A stretch of DNA of 49,977 nucleotides from Desulfobacterales bacterium (lineage in GTDB: Bacteria > Desulfobacterota > Desulfobacteria > Desulfobacterales > SURF-7). This document shows, piece by piece, positions 37,235 to 46,597 of the stretch. The notes beneath the pieces were generated by a model. The model searched no databases and was not told the DNA's origin. It saw only the letters and a program-made list of their open reading frames with translations. The stretch spans positions 1 to 49,977 of the forward strand of contig JAQYVL010000037.1 of NCBI GenBank assembly GCA_030145525.1, in the 5' to 3' direction. The position numbers and the translations under genes are program-made. Numbering within the stretch: the stretch's first letter is position 1; every line of letters begins with the position of its first letter.

Positions 37235-38510
37235 TCTCCGCCTCCGCTGCATGAATTCTGGCAAGCTCGTATTTTGCAAGCCTTATATATTGGAAAATTG
37301 GAATTTTGGCGGTACAGACATAACTGCAAAGACCGCATTCAATGCATGAGAAAAGATCATAGCTGTCTGCAGCCTCCTCGTATTGGCTAACTTCAAGGAA
37401 GCGAACGAGCATGTTTGCAGGTACTTTTGCAGGACAGATTCGTACACACTCTCCGCAGTTGATGCATGCATTGTCGGAAATAAAAGGTATAACATTTCTA
37501 TCCTGCACAATCACCGCATCCGTATCGTTGCATATCGGATGGTCTTCTGTATAAACGGAAGATCCTGTCATGGGCCCACCTATGATGATCCGATCGCTGT
37601 CTTCCGCAGAAATGCTGAGCGCCGAAAAGATATCCTTCAGAGGTGTTCCTAGTATAGTTGATATCAGTTTTTTAAAGCCGTGTTTGTCAATAACGGTAAT
37701 AATTTTTTTGGTTGGTATTTCGTTTGTAGTATATGCTGTCCCAAGTGAAGCAACTGCTTCGGCACCTATAAGCAGTACGCCAAGCTCTTCAAACGAACTT
37801 CCGGCCGGGATTTCTTTCCCGAGTATCTCTTTTAAAACCAAATGGGGAAGTGCTTTCGGGTAGATTGAACTGACAGTCTTGACAGCAGCCCCGGTTGACG
37901 ACGCTTCCAGGGACAGTGCTTCCGGAACTGCAATTACGAAATTTTCGATGCCTGTTATTTCTTTCAGGATCTGAATTCCCTTTTTGATGGCACTCGTTGA
38001 GGTCTTGACAATATACTGCTTTGTGTTGACAAGCAGATCCGTATCCATACCGTTAATTACAATCGTATCGATTTTCCGGTCAGATTCGGAAAAAAGAGCT
38101 GATGGAAGAACACCCGGCAGACCTGCAAGGAAATCTTTTGTATTTTGAAGCGAGGGTGTCTTTGAAATCTCATTGAACCGGCCGTCTTTTTCTTCTTTAT
38201 CCTTTCGATTGATGATTATGGAGGTCATTTGGACTCCGAAATCGCCGGTGCAGGGTGAGATAGAGGTAATGGTTCCTGTGACGGGCGATATTACGTAATC
38301 CTCACTCTCCTTTAATATGGTCAACTTCTGGCCTGTTTTTACTTCATCACCCGGCTGTAAAGCAACTTGATCCTTTTTATCAAAAACGGTGTTTGAAAAA
38401 AGCTGAACGGTTTCTGATGCGGATATTTCCCGGGGCTCAGGTGCAGCTGCGCTGACAATGTCATATTCAAGCCTGGGTTTCTGTAAACCAAAGAATGATC
38501 TTTTTATCAT
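37227..38510 (-). CDS. rnfC: Rnf complex subunit C-like, divergent (canonical GGAGFP and ECEP motifs absent)
   Basis: It has an RnfC N-terminal barrel region, IIGGPMTG and two 4Fe-4S motifs (CINCGECVRICP, CIECGLCSYVCT). The expected GLGGAGFPT reads GLPGVLPSA, and NAAECEPY reads NGMDTDLL. Confidence 0.8.
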   Translation of the reverse strand: MIKRSFFGLQKPRLEYDIVSAAAPEPREISASETVQLFSNTVFDKKDQVALQPGDEVKTGQKLTILKESEDYVISPVTGTITSISPCTGDFGVQMTSIIINRKDKEEKDGRFNEISKTPSLQNTKDFLAGLPGVLPSALFSESDRKIDTIVINGMDTDLLVNTKQYIVKTSTSAIKKGIQILKEITGIENFVIAVPEALSLEASSTGAAVKTVSSIYPKALPHLVLKEILGKEIPAGSSFEELGVLLIGAEAVASLGTAYTTNEIPTKKIITVIDKHGFKKLISTILGTPLKDIFSALSISAEDSDRIIIGGPMTGSSVYTEDHPICNDTDAVIVQDRNVIPFISDNACINCGECVRICPAKVPANMLVRFLEVSQYEEAADSYDLFSCIECGLCSYVCTAKIPIFQYIRLAKYELARIHAAEAENV

Positions 38511-38522
38511 GATACCTTCCCT

Positions 38523-39095
38523 TTACATTACGTGGCAGGATGAACAATCAACAGGACCTGAACCGTATTCTTTATGACAGTCAATGCACTGCCTGTGGAA
38601 CGCGTCGGATCTTTTATGAAAATTCATGGTTTTTTCCTGGCCTTCAATTTCATCCGGTTCGTGACAGTCGCTGCAAACCTCTGGAGCGGATCCGTCTTCT
38701 ACGGGTTTATGGCATTCACTGCAGGCATGAAAATCAGATTCATCAGCATCTGTTGGATGATGGTCTTCAATCTCCCCTGCAGCTTCATGGCACTCAAGGC
38801 AGTTTTCGGGAACTGTTTTCGGCTCTTCGGCTTTATGGCATTCGCCGCAGGCCTTAAAGTCCGCTTCATCATCTTCATTGTGGTGATGGCAGTCAATACA
38901 CGCGACACTGTATCCCGCATCTATTCTGTGAACTTTATGGGTAAATAATACTTTTCCTGCAGATGTTTTAAATATTTTTCTAACAGGGTCTTTAGGGCTT
39001 TCTACAGGAAAAAAGGCCGCATAGCATAGTCCGCCCACAAGAAACAGAATAACCGCCAGACAATAAGCCAGCTTCAGTTCTTTACTAGAAGTCAT
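38523..39095 (-). CDS. Membrane-anchored multiheme cytochrome c (seven CxxCH motifs)
   Basis: The seven motifs are CIDCH, CGECH, CLECH, CSECH, CSDCH, CIDCH and CSSCH. It has one N-terminal hydrophobic helix. The start at M20 (39095) is preferred, and the ORF-track start at 39152 is possible. Confidence 0.85.
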   Translation of the reverse strand: MTSSKELKLAYCLAVILFLVGGLCYAAFFPVESPKDPVRKIFKTSAGKVLFTHKVHRIDAGYSVACIDCHHHNEDDEADFKACGECHKAEEPKTVPENCLECHEAAGEIEDHHPTDADESDFHACSECHKPVEDGSAPEVCSDCHEPDEIEGQEKTMNFHKRSDAFHRQCIDCHKEYGSGPVDCSSCHVM

Positions 39096-39196
39096 TGCGA
39101 ATTCATTCCTTTCAGCAAATTGATCCATATCAGGAAACAACAAAACAAACATGAACGGTTAACATAATCGATATTTTCATGCAACCCATTTTTTAT

Positions 39197-41047
39197 TCAA
39201 TACGGGTCCTCAAGGATCAGTTGAATCGCTTTTGTTTCTCCATCCCTCATAATCACAAAATTATGTTTTGTTCCGGCATTCTCTCGAAGCAGCCTGATTA
39301 TCTGAAGAATACTTGAACTGTTTTCCAACTTTTTGAGGTTGATTGATATGATGATATCTCCTTCTATAAAACCTGCTCTATAACCTGGTGATCCGGAAGA
39401 AACAAATACGATTTTTGGCTCGTCCCGTTCCGTTCTTCCGATAAGCATTCCGCTTTTATCCCTCGGGAAATTTTTGTTAAAATCTTTTCCCTTTTCAAGA
39501 ATGATCTGCTGTTTTTCGTAGTCAAGGTATATCTGAAAATGTCGCAGCGTTGAGTTCCCTATGTTGCCGACCAGTTCGCTGACAAGCGAAGCACCGGATT
39601 TTTTTTTATGGGGGACACTTATTAATGGTTTTGTGATGACAAACCCTCCAATTTTGAGGTTTTGAAACTGAATCGTCTTTTCCATGTATTCACCGCCCAT
39701 ACCCCTGCTAATCCGGTCTACCCCTTTTCGGGCAAGCAGATTGTTCTGGTTCGCAAATGGAAAATGGAAAGAGGTATTGAAGGAACCCAGGTCTACATGC
39801 CATCTTCCTGAATATTTATTATCAACCGTCATAGGAACGGTAAAAGTTCTGCTTTTCAGCGGCGCGTCAATAATAGTGCCATTGCCGGAGTATTTAAAAT
39901 TGATCGGATCATAAATAGAAAATTTTTGATCAGCATAGTCTATTTTAACTACAAACCGTGATAGAAAGTCATACCCTAATATTCCGAAACAGACAGGTTC
40001 ATGGAATTTTTCGGCCAAATTCGCAAAGGAAAAAATTTTTTGCTCTTGGAATTCCACACCTTTTACACTGAATGAAGGGATGGTTACAAAATGAAGATCA
40101 AAGTTTGCTCCAAAGCCAAAACCTTTGACGTTTCCGCTTGATTTTATACCCAGTGAATCAGCATAATTCTTATCAATAACAGACATGGAGGCGCCGCTGT
40201 CTAAAAGCCACAGACGTTCATCGTCTATTATTTTTACTTTCAGAAAAATGTTGTTCTCAACAAATTCAAAAGGGATGTTTTCGGAGCTGTTTCCCTTCTG
40301 AAAGCGAAAATCTTGAGCGCTGTTTTCAGGCATGTTGAAAATTGAGTTGTCAATATCCGTATTGATCAGACATTTTTCAATCCGGATAATCTCTTTTTTT
40401 TCTCTGGGGAAAATATCGGATTCTTCATAATATGCTATTTTTAAGCCATATTTTTCATGATAGTCTGAATATAGGGTGTGAATTTCAATATCAGGCTGTT
40501 TCAATATGGACTTTCGAAGAAGAAAGTGCTTTGTGTCGAAAAAATTCCATAGAACATCATGATTAATACGATTTGTCATCTTAACAACATAACATTGACA
40601 GTCCTCAACCATTTGGATGCCTTCAAACGACAGGGAGAAAAAATTTGAATTTGGCTGGAGATGTTCGAATTTTTCTAATCGAATCTTTATTTTTCTCCTT
40701 TTGATAGTCTCTTCGTCTCGCCGGATCATGACCTTGCCGTTTGTATCTTTTATCCATGAGAACTGCCCGTTATCCCCTTCAATTTGCGAAATAATCGTAA
40801 AATCCTCTTCCAGCCTGTAGCGCAGAGGGCTTTCTCCCCATTGCTTGAACCTGCCTTTCAGTCCATCATATACAGTCGTTCCTTCCAAATAAGCAGTTTT
40901 AACCGATTTTAATTTTTCGACACCTCCTATGGCTTTATAGTGACTTTTAAAGATTTGATACGGGTCCGTCAAATTCGGCTGAGAATAACCCGCAGAGGTT
41001 AAAAGAAGTCCAACGGTAAAGGCGATGATGATTTGTATATTTTTCAT
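39197..41047 (-). CDS. Secreted protein with retropepsin-like aspartyl protease domain and C-terminal PDZ domain
   Basis: It has a signal peptide, the motif LLDSGASMSVID (D-S-G active-site type) and a C-terminal PDZ-like segment (GSPGYRAGFIEGDIIISIN). The N-terminal third resembles a LolA-like fold by composition only. Confidence 0.65.
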   Translation of the reverse strand: MKNIQIIIAFTVGLLLTSAGYSQPNLTDPYQIFKSHYKAIGGVEKLKSVKTAYLEGTTVYDGLKGRFKQWGESPLRYRLEEDFTIISQIEGDNGQFSWIKDTNGKVMIRRDEETIKRRKIKIRLEKFEHLQPNSNFFSLSFEGIQMVEDCQCYVVKMTNRINHDVLWNFFDTKHFLLRKSILKQPDIEIHTLYSDYHEKYGLKIAYYEESDIFPREKKEIIRIEKCLINTDIDNSIFNMPENSAQDFRFQKGNSSENIPFEFVENNIFLKVKIIDDERLWLLDSGASMSVIDKNYADSLGIKSSGNVKGFGFGANFDLHFVTIPSFSVKGVEFQEQKIFSFANLAEKFHEPVCFGILGYDFLSRFVVKIDYADQKFSIYDPINFKYSGNGTIIDAPLKSRTFTVPMTVDNKYSGRWHVDLGSFNTSFHFPFANQNNLLARKGVDRISRGMGGEYMEKTIQFQNLKIGGFVITKPLISVPHKKKSGASLVSELVGNIGNSTLRHFQIYLDYEKQQIILEKGKDFNKNFPRDKSGMLIGRTERDEPKIVFVSSGSPGYRAGFIEGDIIISINLKKLENSSSILQIIRLLRENAGTKHNFVIMRDGETKAIQLILEDPY

Positions 41048-41079
41048 GAAATCTCACTTGATGGCAAAGAAAAGAGAAT

Positions 41080-42051
41080 CTAAGACAACCCATGTCTAAT
41101 TTTGATACATTCAATCGCTTCAAGAGCAACGGTTCTGATCTCATCTGTCGGAGAGCCTTCAAGCATTATCGTAAGTTTTGCAATGGTCTCAGGTGTGCCT
41201 GCTTCTCCAAAAATGTAAATCATGTCGCCCTTGATCTGATCATTCAGGGAGTTGAAGCGTTCAAGAACAGGATCGATCATCTCTGATGCAAGTTTTGGAT
41301 CATTTTCAATGATCTCTTCAACTACAACCATAGCTCCAAGCCGAACAGGCCATTTTTCATGAACAAGCAGATCAATGAATGCGGGATAAATTTTTTTGTT
41401 ATCGAGCATCATTTTGGCCACCCTTGAAGCCTCTCCTTCGTGTATTATGTTTTTAAGGGTTTCAGAACTCAGATTCGACGGGTCCCTGTCTGTAATGATA
41501 TCAACAAGCTCATGAATTTTAACTTCTCCGGTCCATCTGAAATTTTCAAAAATAACGGTTGGTGCTGATTGGACATTTTCTTTTTCAGCAAGTTCATGAA
41601 ACATTGTTCCGTCAATGATGTAGAGCTTTATCTGGTGATTTGCTTCTGAAAGAGGTATGATCCGGCTCACTACAGCGGGGCAGCGCGGGCAGTTGGGTGC
41701 AATGTATAGTCTGATTACGGTTGGAAATGTGATCGACTTTAGTTTGGCAGTTATTGATCCGGTGAGTTGGCCCCTTTGAAGCATAGCTTCCAGAAACGGC
41801 TGCAGCTCAGGCCCCAATGGGACAGCATGATAAATGAGCTGATCATTTACCATGATTGCCGGCATATCATTTTCATCAGCTTTTTCCTGGTAGACTTCTA
41901 CTTTAGAGAGTATTGAAGAGAGGTTATCACAGAACGACTTCATCTCTCTTCCCTGTCTGCTGTTTGAAAATTTCAGGGTAAGCCTTGTCGGATTTATTAT
42001 TTTTTTATTCCAGTCGGAGATGATGTTTATTTCTTGAGGTGTTATGTTCAT
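41080..42051 (-). CDS. Glutaredoxin/PDO-like thioredoxin-fold protein (CPRC) with C-terminal HEAT-like repeats
   Basis: IRLYIAPNCPRCPAVV...VQSAPTVIF is a thioredoxin-fold CxxC unit. The C-terminus is helical-repeat-like (WPVRLGAMVVVEEI..., IRTVALEAIECI). The start is either the ATG at 42051 or the TTG at 42078. Confidence 0.55.
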   Translation of the reverse strand: MNITPQEINIISDWNKKIINPTRLTLKFSNSRQGREMKSFCDNLSSILSKVEVYQEKADENDMPAIMVNDQLIYHAVPLGPELQPFLEAMLQRGQLTGSITAKLKSITFPTVIRLYIAPNCPRCPAVVSRIIPLSEANHQIKLYIIDGTMFHELAEKENVQSAPTVIFENFRWTGEVKIHELVDIITDRDPSNLSSETLKNIIHEGEASRVAKMMLDNKKIYPAFIDLLVHEKWPVRLGAMVVVEEIIENDPKLASEMIDPVLERFNSLNDQIKGDMIYIFGEAGTPETIAKLTIMLEGSPTDEIRTVALEAIECIKIRHGLS

Positions 42052-42430
42052 CTTCCTGCGCTCAATGTTTGATGGCAATTATGGAATAACTCATATCGCC
42101 TACAAATTTATATAAAATTATCACAGGTTTCAAGTCAAATATTTCGATCTGCGACTCCCTTTTGTCCAGCCTCATTTATCCGGGTGAAATAAAATTATCC
42201 ATGAGGCTATATTTATAATAAACTCCCCGACTCCTGATATATTTATGAAATATTTCTTTTTTTTCTTGATAAAGGAGGTCTGAATATTGTATTAAAATGT
42301 AGGTTTGCAGTGTAAACAAGGTTTATGCCTCAGGAGGCTTGTTTGCCGGTTTGGCTTTTTATTCTATTTCAAACCAATTCTTGAAAAGGGCAGAGCATGG
42401 CCGGATCATCCCGGCCTGGACAAATTGATT

Positions 42431-44620
42431 ATGAAGATGATATTTCCTCAAAAAAAATGGTATATAAATTCCTGGAAGCTTTTTTTCATCATCGGGCTGA
42501 TCGGATTTCTTTCAATAATCTGTAGTGTAGATGCCCCATCTTATGGCGGAAGACCGGCTAGTCGATCTTTTACGGATGATGAGTTTGTCTATGACGAGAT
42601 AAAGAAAGAAGGGATGTTTCATGTTGTTAATTCGAGGCAGCCAGACTGCTCTTTTGTATTGGAATTTCTAAACAGTGAACAGATTGAGACTCCGAATCGG
42701 GCCTACACGTATGTCATTGAAGATGGAATCATTCATATAATCGATCCTGCCGACAGTACCGGTATTCTGGTGACTCTTGAAATTTCTCCCCAGAACGCTG
42801 AAAATTCTGAATTTATTTCAGTGATCCAGACCTTCAGAGATCGGGATGCTGCTGAAGAAAGCGGTATGTGGATTGGTGAGCTTCCATCCAATGGGCCTTA
42901 TCGCTATGAAGCAGGCTGGTATCGGGCAAAGGTGGCAGTGGGATTGCGGCCATATGATATCGTTTTGGTGTCAACGGAAGAGGGAGAAGATTATCTGTAT
43001 GTGACAAACTCTTTCCAGGATACGGTATCGGTAATCAGTGCTTTGGACAATACCGTTGCAAGAACCGTCACCGTAGGTCGAAACCCCAAACGATTGGCAG
43101 TTTCACCTGACGGGAGTCATGTATATGTCGTAAATACAGCAGACGGTGCATCTGGAACCGTATCGGTATTGCGAACATCTGATCATGCCAATATTAGAAC
43201 GATTCCTGTCGGAATCAAACCATACGGCGTTACGGTCTCCCCGGATGGGCTTTATGTATATGTGACCAATACAGCCGAGAATTCGATACTGGTTATCCAG
43301 ACATCCGATCATACTGTTTTGGCAACAATACCCCTGGGACAGGATACATTGGAGTACGCGGAGGTATATTTCGGCAATCTAATCGATGATTCGGATTATT
43401 CCATTATTGCGATTGTGGGAGAGTGTGGTGTTTTTTCTAAGGTGCCTGATATGACGAATCCGATTTGCCGGGAAAATCCGAACAGCATTGAATGTCCATT
43501 AAAATGTCCGTCGACAGTCGGTGTGGTCAGGACGGTTATACGCAATGTGGAACCGGATGAAAACGGTTACTGGTATTCCGGTTTTTTAAATGATGAATTC
43601 GAAAACGGTACCTTAACCCTTATGCTTGTGGAAAAGTTTACAGGTGCAGAGGGTATGGATCTTGATCAGGATGATAACGGCATCCTGGATTATGAAGAGT
43701 CAACGGAGATTTTACCCCCCTGGCAGAATATTGTTGATGAGATTGCGGTTAACGATTATAGTGGAGAAGGCAAAGTTTACTCGAACACGGTGATTCAAAT
43801 CTATGCTCCCCATGGATCACCTCCTACAAATGGAAAACTGGAAATAACCGGAGGTTATTCACGAATCCCGAATGGTATCGACACCGATTCACCGGATGAC
43901 TGGACTCGCAACAGCAATTACAGCTCCTGGCTGTATTCTTTTTATGCAGACGATGATATTTTTCATCTGATCGATATTCCTGAAAATGGGAAGTCCTACA
44001 ATTCACCGGGAGAACGGAATCTGCTCTATGGTGAGGCTGCCTTTAATGGAGTGATAACAAGAGCAAATCATCCGGTGATTAATGAATTTGTGTTAAACCG
44101 GGGAGAATACAGGCCGCTTGCCCTTGCATCGCCACAGCAGGAAGAAGATAATTCTATCTACTTGAGCACACAAGAGAACATCATATTGAAAATTCGTTTG
44201 TCAGATGATAATGTTTATACTGTTATTGAAAGAATCAATTTGGGAACAGATGGGATCAATATTTCCAATACAACCGATATGACTTTGCTGCCCGGAGGTG
44301 ACCTGTATCTGGTTGACGAGAAAAACTCTTCCGCAACGGTTATCCGGGAAGGGGCTGTGATAAAAAGAGTCCCGGTCGGTTTTACACCATTTGGCATCGC
44401 ATCCTCTTTTGACGGTCGATATGTGTTTGTTACCAGCCTTGTGACGAAATTGCTGACGGTCATACGGACATCGGATAATTCGATTACGGAATTGATTCCA
44501 TTAAGCGACGAGTCGATAGGTATCGCAGCGCCGCGAAGTGGAAATTATGTCTATGTCGTAAATGAAAATGAGAACACCGTATCTGTTGTTGTGTATACGG
44601 ATGATGCCGTTTGTAACTGA
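42431..44620 (+). CDS. Exported YVTN-type beta-propeller repeat protein with large central insertion
   Basis: YVTN-like repeats occur at both ends (YLYVTNSFQDTVSVI, HVYVVNTADG..TVSVL, YVYVTNTAENSILVI; RYVFVTS..LLTVI, YVYVVNENENTVSVV). An N-terminal hydrophobic segment follows M at 42431. Confidence 0.7.
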   Translation: MKMIFPQKKWYINSWKLFFIIGLIGFLSIICSVDAPSYGGRPASRSFTDDEFVYDEIKKEGMFHVVNSRQPDCSFVLEFLNSEQIETPNRAYTYVIEDGIIHIIDPADSTGILVTLEISPQNAENSEFISVIQTFRDRDAAEESGMWIGELPSNGPYRYEAGWYRAKVAVGLRPYDIVLVSTEEGEDYLYVTNSFQDTVSVISALDNTVARTVTVGRNPKRLAVSPDGSHVYVVNTADGASGTVSVLRTSDHANIRTIPVGIKPYGVTVSPDGLYVYVTNTAENSILVIQTSDHTVLATIPLGQDTLEYAEVYFGNLIDDSDYSIIAIVGECGVFSKVPDMTNPICRENPNSIECPLKCPSTVGVVRTVIRNVEPDENGYWYSGFLNDEFENGTLTLMLVEKFTGAEGMDLDQDDNGILDYEESTEILPPWQNIVDEIAVNDYSGEGKVYSNTVIQIYAPHGSPPTNGKLEITGGYSRIPNGIDTDSPDDWTRNSNYSSWLYSFYADDDIFHLIDIPENGKSYNSPGERNLLYGEAAFNGVITRANHPVINEFVLNRGEYRPLALASPQQEEDNSIYLSTQENIILKIRLSDDNVYTVIERINLGTDGINISNTTDMTLLPGGDLYLVDEKNSSATVIREGAVIKRVPVGFTPFGIASSFDGRYVFVTSLVTKLLTVIRTSDNSITELIPLSDESIGIAAPRSGNYVYVVNENENTVSVVVYTDDAVCN

Positions 44621-44639
44621 CAACAAGGTCGAAATACAA

Positions 44640-44760
44640 AAAAATCGAACACTATGTTGTAAGACACAATACTAAATATATTCCTGCGGTTGAACTCCTC
44701 ACTCCGCCGCGACCTTAGACCCGATTGAAGGTTTTGAAACCAGTTCTAATCAGTAAAAAA
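44640..44760 (+). repeat. Partial, divergent copy (D) of the intergenic repeat family
   Basis: It shares ATATATTCCTGCGGTTGAA...CGCCGCGACCTTAGACCCGA with copy C (ATATATTCCTCTGGTTGAA...CGCGCGCCTTGATCTCGA). The boundaries are uncertain. Confidence 0.45.
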
Positions 44761-44787
44761 CTTTCCAACTAAAACAGGATTAAAACC

Positions 44788-45066
44788 ATGGAAAAGGAAT
44801 TGCTTTTCATCACCGTAATCGGTGAAGACAAAAAAGGCATTGTAGCCAAAATCTCAATGCTGTTGTACGAGTGTAATATCAACATTGAAGACATCAGTCA
44901 GAAGATTATGGACAGCTATTTTGTCATGACCATGCTGGTCAACATGAAAGAGTCGGAATACAAACTGGAGAAAGTCCGAAAAGAGCTGGAGAAGATCGGA
45001 AAAGAGCTTCAACTCAAGATCCAGATTCAGCATGAAAATATTTTTAAGATGATGCACAGGGTGTAA
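44788..45066 (+). CDS. ACT-domain protein (UPF0237 family)
   Basis: The 92-aa protein begins ITVIGEDKKGIVAKIS..., the ACT pattern. It is paired with the UPF0210 gene 3 nt downstream, a conserved two-gene arrangement. Confidence 0.8.
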   Translation: MEKELLFITVIGEDKKGIVAKISMLLYECNINIEDISQKIMDSYFVMTMLVNMKESEYKLEKVRKELEKIGKELQLKIQIQHENIFKMMHRV

Positions 45067-45069
45067 ACG

Positions 45070-46428
45070 ATGCCGATATCCGTAGAAGAAGTATTTGAAA
45101 CCGCCAGCATGATTCTGCATCAGAATCTGGATATCCGTACCACGACGCTGGGGATCAATCTGAAAGACTGCATTGACTCCGATTTTGAAACCTTTAAAGA
45201 GAACGTTTGCCGGAAAATATCCGTCAATGCCCGGCGGCTGGTGGAAGAGGCGGAAAAACTGGAATCCAAGTACGGAATCCCCATCGTCAATAAAAGGATA
45301 TCCATAACCCCGGTAAGCCTGATCATGGAGACTCATTGCACAAAGCGGAAATATATTGAAATGGCAAAAGCAATGGATAACGCGGCAAGGGATTCCGGGA
45401 TCGATTTTATCGGCGGATTTGGTGCAATGGTTCAAAAGGGGCTGACTGCCTCGGATACAATTCTGATTGAATCCCTCCCGGATATATTTTCAGAAACCAG
45501 AAGGATTTGTTCTTTTCTCAATGTCGGCACCAATGTAGCGGGAATGAACCTTGATGCTGTAAATATGATCGGAGGAATGCTGAAGCAGACCGCTTCAAAA
45601 ACCAAAGATGCCATTGGGTGCGCAAAATTTGTTGTCTTTGTCAACGCACCTGAGGACAATCCGTTTATGGCAGGGGCTTTTCATGGAGTCGGAGAGCCGG
45701 ACATGTCTCTTAATATCGGGATAAGCGGTCCGGGCGTAGTGTATAGCGTCGTGGATAAAAATCGGGAGTGCGATCTGACCGGGCTTTCGGAAATCATTAA
45801 AAGAACGGTTTTTAAAATTACAAGGGGAGGGGAACTCATAGGCCGGGAGCTTGCCGGAAATCTTGACGTTTCATTCGGGATTGTGGACATTTCACTGGCT
45901 TCAACAACTGCCCGGGGAGATTCGGTTGCCAATATAATTGAAGCATTCGGGATCGAATCCATGGGTGCACACGGCACCACCATGGCCACAGCATTGCTCA
46001 TGGATGCGGTAAAAAAAGGCGGGGCAATGGCGAGCGGAAATGTCGGGGGTTTGAGCGGAACTTTTATACCGGTGAGCGAGGATTCAGGGATGATTGAAGC
46101 TGTGAAAAAAGGCTCATTGAATCTTGCCAAGCTCGAAGCATTGACCTCGGTTTGTTCAGTGGGGCTTGATATGTTTGCCATCCCCGGTGATACGCCGGCA
46201 TATACGATCAATGCCATCATTGCCGATGAACTGGCCATCGGCATCATCAACAATAAAACAACGGCGGTTCGGGTTATCCCTGTTCCCGGGAAAAAAGCCG
46301 GGCAATCAGTTAATTTTGGAGGGTTGCTTGGCGAGGCGCCTATTATGGATGTAAGCCCATATTCCGCTGAGAACTTTTTGAAGCGGGGTGGGAGGTTGCC
46401 GGCGCCGGTGACTAGTATGAGAAACTAG
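45070..46428 (+). CDS. UPF0210 / DUF711 (PFL-like) family protein
   Basis: The 452-aa protein has [13 protein letters not shown]..., FIGGF and [13 protein letters not shown], a pattern recalled from UPF0210. It shows the typical pairing with an ACT protein. Confidence 0.85.
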   Translation: MPISVEEVFETASMILHQNLDIRTTTLGINLKDCIDSDFETFKENVCRKISVNARRLVEEAEKLESKYGIPIVNKRISITPVSLIMETHCTKRKYIEMAKAMDNAARDSGIDFIGGFGAMVQKGLTASDTILIESLPDIFSETRRICSFLNVGTNVAGMNLDAVNMIGGMLKQTASKTKDAIGCAKFVVFVNAPEDNPFMAGAFHGVGEPDMSLNIGISGPGVVYSVVDKNRECDLTGLSEIIKRTVFKITRGGELIGRELAGNLDVSFGIVDISLASTTARGDSVANIIEAFGIESMGAHGTTMATALLMDAVKKGGAMASGNVGGLSGTFIPVSEDSGMIEAVKKGSLNLAKLEALTSVCSVGLDMFAIPGDTPAYTINAIIADELAIGIINNKTTAVRVIPVPGKKAGQSVNFGGLLGEAPIMDVSPYSAENFLKRGGRLPAPVTSMRN

Positions 46429-46429
46429 T

Positions 46430-46573
46430 AGTGTCCATCCATTAAAGGCTATTTTGTCCGATATCTGCGTTGCACTCAAATCTCAATCCTCAAAATATAT
46501 CGATATATTCCTCTGGTTGAAATTTTCGCGCGCCTTGATCTCGAACAAAATATCTCATTACTGGACAGACACT
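46430..46573 (+). repeat. Intergenic palindromic element, copy C
   Basis: It is a long imperfect palindrome. AGTGTCCATCCA (left) pairs with TGGACAGACACT (right), and ATTTTGTCCGATATC pairs with GATCTCGAACAAAAT. It shares the core ATTCCTCnGG..TTTCGCGCGCCTTGA with copies A and B. It lies between the convergent UPF0210 and vapC genes. Confidence 0.65.
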
Positions 46574-46597
46574 GAATAGCTCAGGGGATAGAGAAGT

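Noticed and set aside
42260-42330. Strong AAGGAGG at about 42274 followed by tiny ORFs, considered as a possible leader peptide upstream of the YVTN gene
   Set aside because: Only non-canonical ATT or TTG starts giving 3-9 codons are available, so the evidence is too weak.
44854-46253. Minus-strand ORFs of 193 aa and 190 aa over the ACT/UPF0210 genes
   Set aside because: They are antisense shadows. The plus-strand genes have family-typical sequences and tight coupling.
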